Shown here one piece after another: positions 1 to 8,235 of a DNA stretch of 34,992 nt. The DNA lies in the NCBI GenBank assembly GCA_048941265.1, contig JBHLNT010000029.1, forward strand, positions 1 through 34,992, in the 5' to 3' direction. The notes below the pieces were generated by a model that was not told where the DNA came from, did no database searches, and was given only the letters and a program-made list of their open reading frames with translations. This DNA comes from Promethearchaeota archaeon (GTDB taxonomy: Archaea > Asgardarchaeota > Lokiarchaeia > Sigyniarchaeales > SOKP01). The first letter of the stretch is position 1. The number at the start of each line of letters is the position of its first letter. The position numbers and the translations under genes were made by a program.

Positions 1-603
1 AAGATCAATAAGCGGCAAATCATCTAGGTTTTCTAAAAGCTCACCTTTTAGGATTTCAGGATTTTCCTCTAAAGTTTTTCTAGACTCTATTTCTCCATTC
101 ACGAACGAAACTACATATCTAAAAAAAGTAATTTCGGCCTCATCAACACATATAGCATCAAAAGGAGTGGCTTTTTGAATATAATATTCTCCAAAATATG
201 AGGGAATATTTTCAGGAAAAAACGTATTTGGTAGAACAGAAGGATGATAACCACCTACTATGATTTTACATTTGGGATTAATTTTCTTTATCATCCAAGC
301 AACTTCGATCGAACTTAAATATGTAAAAGACGTATAACAACTAATGGCTACAAGGTTAAAGCTAAACTCCTCGTATAAATCTGTTAATAAAATTTCAAGA
401 GCTAATCGAAATTCTATTAGCGTCTCGTGAGAATAAATCGGTAGATCCTCAAATCTTAAATCCAAATAGGTTTCTTGCAATTCATATTTAAGTTCATCCT
501 TTTTTGAATTCAAATAATTGGAAATTCTCAGAAAACTCTCAGTCAGGAAACGCTTATCACCAAAAGATTCTGTAGGTTGAAGATAAAGTATTTTAACTGT
601 CAT
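1..603 (-). CDS. B12-binding-domain radical SAM protein, N-terminal part (runs off the window)
   Basis: Open frame from ATG at 603 (MTVKILYLQP...) with a cobalamin-binding-like pattern VAISCYTS...IKKINPKCKIIVGGYHPS...FDAICVDEAE...LENLDDLP. Not in the ORF track; the CxxxCxxC motif would lie beyond the window edge. Confidence 0.75.
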   Translation of the reverse strand, partial: MTVKILYLQPTESFGDKRFLTESFLRISNYLNSKKDELKYELQETYLDLRFEDLPIYSHETLIEFRLALEILLTDLYEEFSFNLVAISCYTSFTYLSSIEVAWMIKKINPKCKIIVGGYHPSVLPNTFFPENIPSYFGEYYIQKATPFDAICVDEAEITFFRYVVSFVNGEIESRKTLEENPEILKGELLENLDDLPLIDL

Positions 604-664
604 CTAAAATGGTATTTTAATCTTTGTATTTATATTCAACTAATTTTTTTGGGTTTAATTTGTA

Positions 665-2071
665 TTATCTGAGTGAACTTCTAAATCGAAAATATTTATA
701 CATCTTTTTTTCAATTTTCGCTACAGCTGGTATCAGAAAATGATTAAATATTACTTCTAATTCGTCAGGATTATATGTATAGTATTTAAATACAAATTTT
801 TTTGGTAGATTGGTTCCTTTAACATCAAATAGCTGATTTATCACTGGTAAAAAGTTCTGATATAGTGTTTTTTCTTTATTAATGAATTTCTTTTCAGGCA
901 TTGCCTTAATGAAATATCCGAAAGAGTGAGAGAATAGAAGAAATAGACAATAAAAGCATATATACTTGCTTAGAAAATAAATATGCTCAATCGTGGAACA
1001 TGGATAATAGATTTCAACATCTAAACCAATCGTAATATAATTATCCTCATAAATTTCTTCAGGAAACTCCTTATAACCGAGGACTCTCAATTGATTTATC
1101 ATCTTAAGAAATTTTTTTTCAATATAGATACATATTTTAAGTTCTTGATAGTTGTCAAAAGTTCTTCCATGAAATTGGATGGATTTAAAATCATAAGTTA
1201 GAACTTTAATAGGAAGTTGAAAATAGTTGAAAAAACTTTCCCATCGTAATGAATTTGGTTTAATTTCAATATAATCTGATTTTACGAATTCTATACAATG
1301 ATAAGCAAACTTTAAAATATATTTCTGTAATATATTATTGTAATCTCTGATTTTCTTTCTACAATATTGGATATATTCTATAGTTTTCAAAATAGATTCA
1401 ATTAAAGGGATATAAAAACACATGTATCTATTTCTATATCCTTGAACGATTGCCAAAACTTCTGCCTGGTTTACCAACGAGAAATTTATTTTTTCTTTAA
1501 TCAAATTGTCTTGTTTTATTTGATAATCCGGATTTTTTAATTTATAGTTAACCTGAAATTTCTTCTCATAAATCCCTATTGGATTGCTCTTTATAGGATT
1601 AAATATGATAATCTTCTTGTTTAAATTTCTTACCTTCTCTAAGATTATTTCAAGATGATTTATCCATTTATTTAATAATTCTTTGTCGTTAAAACTTATC
1701 TTTCTTGAATCAAAATAATAATCGTTTGGATTAGTTTTATAAAGGTATTTCGATTTGATCTGTGAAAATGTTCTACAAAGATAAATCTCATCCTCTAAAT
1801 ATCGTAAATTTTTTAGCCTTTTTTGATTCCATTTAATACGGAATAATTCAGGAATAATTATTTCTATTATCTTCTCTTTTGCCATACTTAAAAGGCATGA
1901 GATCAAAAGGTCTTTACTGATATTAATTTTAGATTTCTGACCACAAAAATAATTCTCTATTTTATGTAAAAGAGCTGCTTTTATACTTCCACGTGATTCG
2001 AGGAATCTTAAGATTTCTTGTTCTATATCTTTATATTCCCACGAAGCTTCACTTTCTTTGCTTTCGGTCAT
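665..2071 (-). CDS. hypothetical protein (468 aa)
   Basis: Long ORF. The N-terminus is vaguely winged-helix-like, but no family was recognised. Confidence 0.6.
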   Translation of the reverse strand: MTESKESEASWEYKDIEQEILRFLESRGSIKAALLHKIENYFCGQKSKINISKDLLISCLLSMAKEKIIEIIIPELFRIKWNQKRLKNLRYLEDEIYLCRTFSQIKSKYLYKTNPNDYYFDSRKISFNDKELLNKWINHLEIILEKVRNLNKKIIIFNPIKSNPIGIYEKKFQVNYKLKNPDYQIKQDNLIKEKINFSLVNQAEVLAIVQGYRNRYMCFYIPLIESILKTIEYIQYCRKKIRDYNNILQKYILKFAYHCIEFVKSDYIEIKPNSLRWESFFNYFQLPIKVLTYDFKSIQFHGRTFDNYQELKICIYIEKKFLKMINQLRVLGYKEFPEEIYEDNYITIGLDVEIYYPCSTIEHIYFLSKYICFYCLFLLFSHSFGYFIKAMPEKKFINKEKTLYQNFLPVINQLFDVKGTNLPKKFVFKYYTYNPDELEVIFNHFLIPAVAKIEKKMYKYFRFRSSLR

Positions 2072-2166
2072 TTGAATCTTAAAAATATTCTAAATGAAAC
2101 TATTTAAGGTTCACGATTTTTAATATTAATTATTTATGAAAAGCATAATCAAGTATCCTGTAAAGT

Positions 2167-2781
2167 CTATTGTAGGAAGAATGGAGCAAATATTAAAAAT
2201 CCAAAAAATATAGACATTAAAAGAGAATATATCAAATTACGAATAACTTTCCTAGGATTACTAATATTTCTGTTATTATTTATTAAATACCATATTGTAA
2301 GAAGCAAATGTAAAAATGCTTCAAAAGATGCTAATGCAAAAATCAAATAAATAAATCTCTCAAATTCATATTTACTTTTATTAGGATCTTTGATCCTATC
2401 CACATCATAGAAATCGAGCTCAACAGCATCAATAAGTTGGAAAATTAAAGGAGGTGGAAGAAAAGTTGAAACCCAAATCAAAAGATAAATTAAGAAATTA
2501 AATGCAATGCCAATAGCCAAAAATATATAGATAGTCCCAACAATTAAACGCGGTTTTTTTAGCTGATTCTCACTCTCCTCTATCTTTTTAAGTCTCTCAA
2601 CTAGGTAAATTCCCCTTAGTTTATTTAACGTTAAGATCCCTACAAAGAGTAAAATAAAGACGAAAATATATTTTAAACAAAAGAAAAAAAATAATAAACC
2701 ACTGTTTAAAACCCCAAATAAGTCATCAGTTTTATGAACGAGATCAGAAATTTCAAAATTTATATATATTAATGTTTTCAC
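2167..2781 (-). CDS. hypothetical multi-pass membrane protein
   Basis: 204-aa ORF with about 4 hydrophobic segments; start codon uncertain (GTG). Confidence 0.65.
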   Translation of the reverse strand: MKTLIYINFEISDLVHKTDDLFGVLNSGLLFFFFCLKYIFVFILLFVGILTLNKLRGIYLVERLKKIEESENQLKKPRLIVGTIYIFLAIGIAFNFLIYLLIWVSTFLPPPLIFQLIDAVELDFYDVDRIKDPNKSKYEFERFIYLIFALASFEAFLHLLLTIWYLINNNRNISNPRKVIRNLIYSLLMSIFFGFLIFAPFFLQ

Positions 2782-2952
2782 GTTAGTTTTTATGAAAATT
2801 TGTATTTAAACTCTTAATAAATGGTTTTTCAGTAGATTTTTATTAAAATAAAAAGTTGGTATCCTCTCTTTTCAAAATTCTTATTTATCTAAAAAAAATT
2901 TTAATTATGGATGAAAATTCATGTAAGTAATTAAACTTAAAGAGGAGAAAAG

Positions 2953-3092
2953 CGCCCCCGGCTTTCCCAACGGCCTGGAAATCAAACCGTTTATGGATCG
3001 AACATGCGACCGCCCGGTTACAGCCGAATTCTCTCTATAAGCTCTGATTGTCGATAACAGCCGGGTGCTCTACCTAACTGAGCTACGGAGGC
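2953..3092 (-). tRNA. tRNA-Asn(GTT) with two introns (37/38 at 3019-3054; 63/64 at 2963-2992)
   Basis: Spliced sequence GCCTCCG TA GCTC AGTTAGGTA GAGC A CCCGG CTGTTAA CCGGG CGGTC GCATG TTCGATC CATGC CGGGGGC G forms a full cloverleaf with G73. Confidence 0.9.
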
Positions 3093-3128
3093 GTGATTTT
3101 CCAATGCATAAACGCAAAAAGCGTTTAA

Positions 3129-3233
3129 TGCTCTCGCCGGGATTCGAACCCGGGTCACCAGGGTGAAGGCCTAGTATGCCTCGCTGTCTTCCTAAGAATG
3201 AGGGAGACTTTGGCCGGACTACACTACGAGAGC
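3129..3233 (-). tRNA. tRNA-Glu(TTC) with D-loop intron (~21/22, 3180-3209)
   Basis: GCTCTCG/CGAGAGC acceptor stem, CCGGG-TTCGAAT-CCCGG T arm, CTAGG-CCTTCAC-CCTGG anticodon arm, and a 30-nt hairpin insert between GGCCAA and GCAT. Intron boundary uncertain by 1-2 nt. Confidence 0.85.
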
Positions 3234-3407
3234 ATAGTATATTGCGTTAATTTTTAGATTTTTAATTAAGTAAAGTTTTTTCTAAAAAAAAAATTTAAAA
3301 TTAACTTATTTACAAGGTAGATGTTTTAATCAACTAAGAAATTAAAAATTTTCTATTATGAATTTCAATTAAGAAATTAATTCCTATCATTTTATTTTGA
3401 AGTTTAA

Positions 3408-3525
3408 TGCGGGAAGAGGGATTTGAACCCCCGAACTTCTACAAGACTGGATTCTAAGTCCAGCGCCTCAAGTCGGCTTTCGAAAAGGCTCGAAAATGCC
3501 ATTAACCAGACTTGGCAATTCCCGC
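3408..3525 (-). tRNA. tRNA-Leu(TAG) with D-loop intron (21/22, 3469-3501)
   Basis: GCGGGAA/TTCCCGC acceptor, CTGGA-CTTAGAA-TCCAG anticodon arm, long variable arm, A73. BHB: GGTT/GACT helix, AA^T and TG^A bulges, GGC/GCC intron stem. Confidence 0.92.
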
Positions 3526-3548
3526 TTAAATATGACCTAAAATTTAAA

Positions 3549-3708
3549 TGCAGGGAGTGGGATTCGAACCCACGTACTCCTACGAGACCGGATATCTCAT
3601 CAGAGTTGCTAAATCAACGGAATTTATTTTTTAAAGATCTTGAGTCCAGCTTATGAGATTATTTCTCAATAGAGTCCGGCACCGTTGACCAGGCTTGGTT
3701 ATCCCTGC
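3549..3708 (-). tRNA. tRNA-Leu(CAA) with two introns (32/33 at 3644-3673; 37/38 at 3594-3638)
   Basis: GCAGGGA/TCCCTGC acceptor, spliced anticodon arm CCGGA-CTCAAGA-TCCGG, long variable arm. BHB central helices CCGG/CTGG and CTCA/TGAG. Confidence 0.9.
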
Positions 3709-3776
3709 TTGAAGGGGTATTAACTCTAAGCCGGCGACCTCAATATTTTATATATTTATATAATAATTCTCTAATT

Positions 3777-4139
3777 TTAATCTTTTTCAACTAATTCTGT
3801 CAAAATTTTCTCTACAAAACTCAAGAGGGGTTTTGCAATTTCTTCTTCTTTTGTTCGATCTCTTAAAAAAAGGAGGAGTAAAACCGGTTTTTTTAAGGTA
3901 TGAGACGCTTTTTCAGATATTATAGTACTTAATAACTTTTTATTAACTCCGAATAGACTATAGGAGGCTGAAATAGGTTTTAATCCTTCAGTCAATGGAG
4001 GGCTTCCCAAGGTGACATTCCCTATTCCCATCTCTTTTTGATCAGAAATTAACAAGAGAAAACTATTATGTAACTTAAATAAAACTGCATAAATTTTTAA
4101 ATTATCAATTAAAAAGTCCTTATTTATTACAGGTATCAT
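3777..4139 (-). CDS. proteasome assembly chaperone PAC4/PSMG4-like protein
   Basis: 120 aa; the pattern KLHNSFLLLI...GNVTLG...SLFG...IISEKAS...KKPVLL resembles PAC3/PAC4 family as recalled. Confidence 0.6.
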   Translation of the reverse strand: MIPVINKDFLIDNLKIYAVLFKLHNSFLLLISDQKEMGIGNVTLGSPPLTEGLKPISASYSLFGVNKKLLSTIISEKASHTLKKPVLLLLFLRDRTKEEEIAKPLLSFVEKILTELVEKD

Positions 4140-4185
4140 GGCTTGGGTGAGTCATTTTTTTTAAATGATTTTAATAAAAAAAAAA

Positions 4186-4989
4186 TTACAGCTCGGCTTC
4201 TCTGATTGCTTCATCAACATCGTAATTCTTGTTTACAATTAAATATAATGCTCTTACTACCTTTGTAGGATCGTCTGCTTGAAAGACATTTCTGCCATAG
4301 GCAACTCCTGCCCCTCCAACATCAATTGATTGCTTGGTAATCTCTAAAATCCCCCTTAATCCTGCCTTTTCTCCCCCTGCGATAATAACTGGAGCCATGC
4401 AACCCTTAACCACTTCTTTAAAGGAATCCGGGTCACCAGTCCAATTTGTTTTTACGATATCCACACCTAATTCAGCAGCAACTCTCGCAGCAATCTTAAC
4501 GACCTCAACATCATATTCATCTTCTATGTTTTCCCCTCTGGGATACATCATAGCTAAGAGAGGCATTCCATATTCTCTACATTCTCTTGATACTTTTCCT
4601 AAGGTTTCTAGCATCTCTGGATCAGATTGAGTCCCTATATTTATATGGAGTGAAACTCCATCCGCACCCAACTTAACAGCCTCTAAAACAGTATTTACTA
4701 AAACTTTATAATTAGACATTGGGCTCAATGAAGTTGATCCCGAGAGATGTAATATCAAACCTATATCAGGACCATACCCTCTATGTGCATATAATGGAAT
4801 CCCGATATGTCCTAATACAGCATTCGCACCACCTAATGCAACCTTATTTACCATATCTCCGAGATCATTTTCAATACCTTTGATAGGTCCCACTGTTAAA
4901 CCATGATCCATAGGGACGATGATTGATTTTCCATTTTCCCTATTCATAATTCTTTCCATTCTAATACTTTTACCGATATATCCAGACAT
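4186..4989 (-). CDS. DhnA-type class I aldolase, likely 2-amino-3,7-dideoxy-D-threo-hept-6-ulosonate synthase (AroA')
   Basis: IVPMDHG, LAMMYPRG, ARVAAELGVDIVKT, IIAGG and GRNVFQ motifs. Confidence 0.85.
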   Translation of the reverse strand: MSGYIGKSIRMERIMNRENGKSIIVPMDHGLTVGPIKGIENDLGDMVNKVALGGANAVLGHIGIPLYAHRGYGPDIGLILHLSGSTSLSPMSNYKVLVNTVLEAVKLGADGVSLHINIGTQSDPEMLETLGKVSRECREYGMPLLAMMYPRGENIEDEYDVEVVKIAARVAAELGVDIVKTNWTGDPDSFKEVVKGCMAPVIIAGGEKAGLRGILEITKQSIDVGGAGVAYGRNVFQADDPTKVVRALYLIVNKNYDVDEAIREAEL

Positions 4990-5097
4990 TTTTAACTTTC
5001 CTCCCTATCTTTAGCAATTCTTTTAAAATTATATTTTATTAAAGTATCATATTAATATAATATACAGCAAAATATCAAGTTTAGGAATTCTTATAAT

Positions 5098-5316
5098 ATG
5101 TCAAAGTTAGAGTCTAAAGATCAGATTGATATACTTCAATGTTATAATTGCGGTACAGAAATTAGCGATGCAAAATTGAAACAATGTCCCAATTGTGGTA
5201 TAATTTTAGACCCAAATCATTATGTTAAATGGAGAAATAGTTTTATTGGTTGTATTTGTTTATTATGCCTAATTCCCATAATAATTATCTTAATAATTAG
5301 TGCTTTTTCTATTTAG
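5098..5316 (+). CDS. small zinc-ribbon protein with C-terminal transmembrane helix
   Basis: CYNCG...CPNCG followed by a hydrophobic, Cys-rich C-terminal tail. Confidence 0.7.
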   Translation: MSKLESKDQIDILQCYNCGTEISDAKLKQCPNCGIILDPNHYVKWRNSFIGCICLLCLIPIIIILIISAFSI

Positions 5317-5385
5317 ATCTAATTTTCTTTTTAATAACATTTGAGAATTAACTTTGAGACATTACTATTACCTTTATCATATTTA

Positions 5386-6459
5386 TTACGGGAAATATCC
5401 TGGAAATTCAAGTCCAGAAATTTCAGGAAAACCACACATTATATTCATGCATTGAATGGCATTACCTGCAGTTCCTTTCACCAAATTGTCAAGAGCACAT
5501 AAAACCACAATCCTATTCATTCTTTGATCAATTTGAAAACCTATATCTGAATAATTTGTTCCGCTGATTAGTTTCGGATCCGGTAATCTAAATGTTCCTG
5601 TTTTTTGATTAACTAAACGAATAAAGGGTTCTTTGTCATATGCGGCTCTGTATGCTTTGAATAAAACCTTCTCATCGATTTCTTTTGTGTCATTAAAAAA
5701 AACATGAGATGTAGATAATATTCCTCTTACTAAATTAACACCATGGGCAGAAAAACCCACTCTGACTTCTTGGTCTAGATTTTTATTTTTTTTAAGAACT
5801 AATGCTAATTCTTGCTCTATTTCTGCTGTATGTCTATGACCTGTCATTTTATAAGGGCGAATGCTATTAGCTCTGATAGGATGGTGTGTTGATTCGTTAA
5901 CACTTGCTCCAGATCCAGAAGATCCCGTTTTAGAATCAACTATAATATTTTTTACTTGAATTAAATTTTCATTAATTAAAGGATATAACCCATAAATAGC
6001 ACTAGAAGCATGACAACCTGCCACAGCTATCAAATTTGCATTTTTAATTTCTTCACGATGTAATTCAGGTAATCCATAAACCGCATTCTCTAATATCTCA
6101 GGATGAGAATGCTCTTTTTTGTAATATTTTTGATAAACATTTTTATCTTTTATCCGAAAATCTGCACTCAAATCAATTACTTTTAATCCAACCTCTAGTA
6201 AGCCAGGAACCATATCTTGTGAAACACCATGAGGTACTCCTAAAAAAATAATATCACATTTTTCTTTTGCCTTTTCAATGCTATATTCTTCAAATTTAAG
6301 GTTCGAGATCTTTCGTAGATTCGGATAAATTGAATGAAAATATTTAGAGATTAGTTTACGAGAAGTTATATAAGTTATATTCACATTAGGATGATAACTT
6401 AATAGTCTAACAGCCTCTCCCCCAGCATAACCACTTGCAGCAATAACGCCTACTTCCAT
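5386..6459 (-). CDS. argC: N-acetyl-gamma-glutamyl-phosphate reductase (ArgC/LysY family)
   Basis: ASGYAG, VIDLSADFR, VYGLPE, AGC catalytic Cys, HRHTAEI and DNLVKGTAGNA motifs. Confidence 0.92.
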   Translation of the reverse strand: MEVGVIAASGYAGGEAVRLLSYHPNVNITYITSRKLISKYFHSIYPNLRKISNLKFEEYSIEKAKEKCDIIFLGVPHGVSQDMVPGLLEVGLKVIDLSADFRIKDKNVYQKYYKKEHSHPEILENAVYGLPELHREEIKNANLIAVAGCHASSAIYGLYPLINENLIQVKNIIVDSKTGSSGSGASVNESTHHPIRANSIRPYKMTGHRHTAEIEQELALVLKKNKNLDQEVRVGFSAHGVNLVRGILSTSHVFFNDTKEIDEKVLFKAYRAAYDKEPFIRLVNQKTGTFRLPDPKLISGTNYSDIGFQIDQRMNRIVVLCALDNLVKGTAGNAIQCMNIMCGFPEISGLEFPGYFP

Positions 6460-6714
6460 ATATTCAAAAAGGCTAATAAAATTTTAAACTTATCGATATG
6501 ATTGAAGAATTAAATAGAATAAGAAAGAAATTTCTTTGAGGAACGTTATTTTCGAAAATAAAACTTATGATCCGATAATATAGTAAATATAATCATAACA
6601 GAGTAATAAAGACATATTTAGGGCATAATAATAGGTTAAATTATTGATTCTTGATATTTGAAATCTTATTGAATTAATATTTGGAAATCAACGTTAAAAA
6701 AATAATAAAAAAAT

Positions 6715-7320
6715 TTAAACTCCAAAAATTTGCCTTAATTCGCTATAAATCTTTGAAAGCTCAGAAATTATTTGAGTATTATTTTGTTGCAGATAATAAT
6801 TTATATACCCTGAAAGCCCATCAGCGTCTTTAATCCATTCTAAAAAAGCTTCAATTTCACCTTTCAATTGGGGGTCTATACTAGGTGTTGCCGAAGCTGC
6901 AGCGGGTACAGTTTTACCTAATTGAGTATTTGACCCCATATAGGGTGTTTTTGAACTCATTGAGGTAATAATTCTTTGTACATCCATGGCAGCTCCAGGT
7001 GCATATCCATCCGGTTCAAGATATGCAATTAATTTATGTTCATCATCTTTTGCTGCTACAATACTTCCCTCACCACGAATAGAGGTAGCAACTAATCTTT
7101 CAGGCTCACATTGCAGCATAGAATATTTTACCCCTGAAACCATGATAAATTGAGCATTTTGAGCAACCCAACTAGCAATAACTCTCCCTACATCCGCACT
7201 GATATCCCAATTATCTGTTGAATAAATTATTTCATTTGTGCCTGAAATCACAGCTGCAGCAATAATATGAGGATCTTTTTGCATTAAATTATAAACGGCA
7301 GTTGCGGGATCTAATGGCAT
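6715..7320 (-). CDS. Asgard profilin-like protein with C-terminal helical extension
   Basis: Residues 1-125 (IIAAAVI...IIYSTDNW...GVKYSMLQCEPERLVATS..GEGSIV) resemble Loki profilins, then an Ala/Pro linker and a ~55-aa helical tail. Confidence 0.7.
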   Translation of the reverse strand: MPLDPATAVYNLMQKDPHIIAAAVISGTNEIIYSTDNWDISADVGRVIASWVAQNAQFIMVSGVKYSMLQCEPERLVATSIRGEGSIVAAKDDEHKLIAYLEPDGYAPGAAMDVQRIITSMSSKTPYMGSNTQLGKTVPAAASATPSIDPQLKGEIEAFLEWIKDADGLSGYINYYLQQNNTQIISELSKIYSELRQIFGV

Positions 7321-7448
7321 TTTTTCATTTCCTTATTTTAGATTTTTATACATCACAAATAATAAAAATCTTTGATTTAAACTTTTTTATAAATATAATT
7401 ATAAAAATTTTAATAAAAATTTATGGATAGCTATAATTTTAAAAACTA

Positions 7449-7916
7449 TTAGTTTTTCTTTTTTATATTAATTCTCCCAAAAATAGGTTTATAATGAAGT
7501 CTCATTTTATTATTTAATTTCTTATTATTTACCTTATAATCTTGCTCAATTATTATCTTTTGTCCAAAGTAGAGCTCATGTAAAATATCTGATTTTTTTA
7601 ATTGTTTTAAATGTTCTTTTAAATTCAATTCTGTTTTAAATAATTTTCCACAAGCCGGACAACTTGGCGAGGCTTTTTCTAACAAACCCTTCGGCTTTTT
7701 AACAATCACGGGATATTTTTCTTTGGAATATTTATTTGTAGCGTTATAGGTTTTACAAATATGTCTTATTAATCTTCCATAGGGAGGATATTGGAAAAAA
7801 ACTTTACAACCATGGGTACATTCCCAATACAGAACATCATTTCCACAACGTGGACAAGAAGTCTTGAAAGAACGGAGATAACAATGTTTTCCATGTGACT
7901 TATAAATTTGTCGCAT
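7449..7916 (-). CDS. zinc-finger protein (CxxC/His-rich N-terminus plus C2H2-like finger)
   Basis: CPRCG...WECTHGC...HIC and CPACGKLF...LKEHL...H motifs. Confidence 0.7.
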   Translation of the reverse strand: MRQIYKSHGKHCYLRSFKTSCPRCGNDVLYWECTHGCKVFFQYPPYGRLIRHICKTYNATNKYSKEKYPVIVKKPKGLLEKASPSCPACGKLFKTELNLKEHLKQLKKSDILHELYFGQKIIIEQDYKVNNKKLNNKMRLHYKPIFGRINIKKKN

Positions 7917-8235
7917 TAATTAAAAGGAAAATACAACCATTTTAAAATATTTCGATTAAATTTCGTAATATATTTAGTTTTCAACAAATTTTAGATTAGC
8001 ACTCAAAAAATCAATCTAAATTTTTAATTTTCAAAGTCTTTTCGTGAAAAAAAAATTTTATATTTTTCTTTTATTAGCCGACAAAAATATTCTATTAAGG
8101 AGTTAAAATTTTATAATAACTTGAAGAAAAAAAATTAATATCATTATTAACTGAACAACTAATAAAACGCAAACATTTAAAAATGTAAAAATAATTATAG
8201 AACTTAGAGATAAGATATTTTAAAGGGTTGATTAA

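Noticed and set aside
3160-3170. TCA anticodon (Sec/opal suppressor) reading of tRNA-Glu
   Set aside because: No anticodon stem in that register, and no long variable arm or extended acceptor stem as in tRNA-Sec.
3594-3638. CTGATGA in the Leu-CAA 37/38 intron as an intron-encoded C/D guide RNA
   Set aside because: The intron is only 45 nt, the boxes overlap, and TGAG is explained by the BHB helix.
3423-3656. 77-aa ORF on the plus strand
   Set aside because: Antisense to two tRNA-Leu genes.
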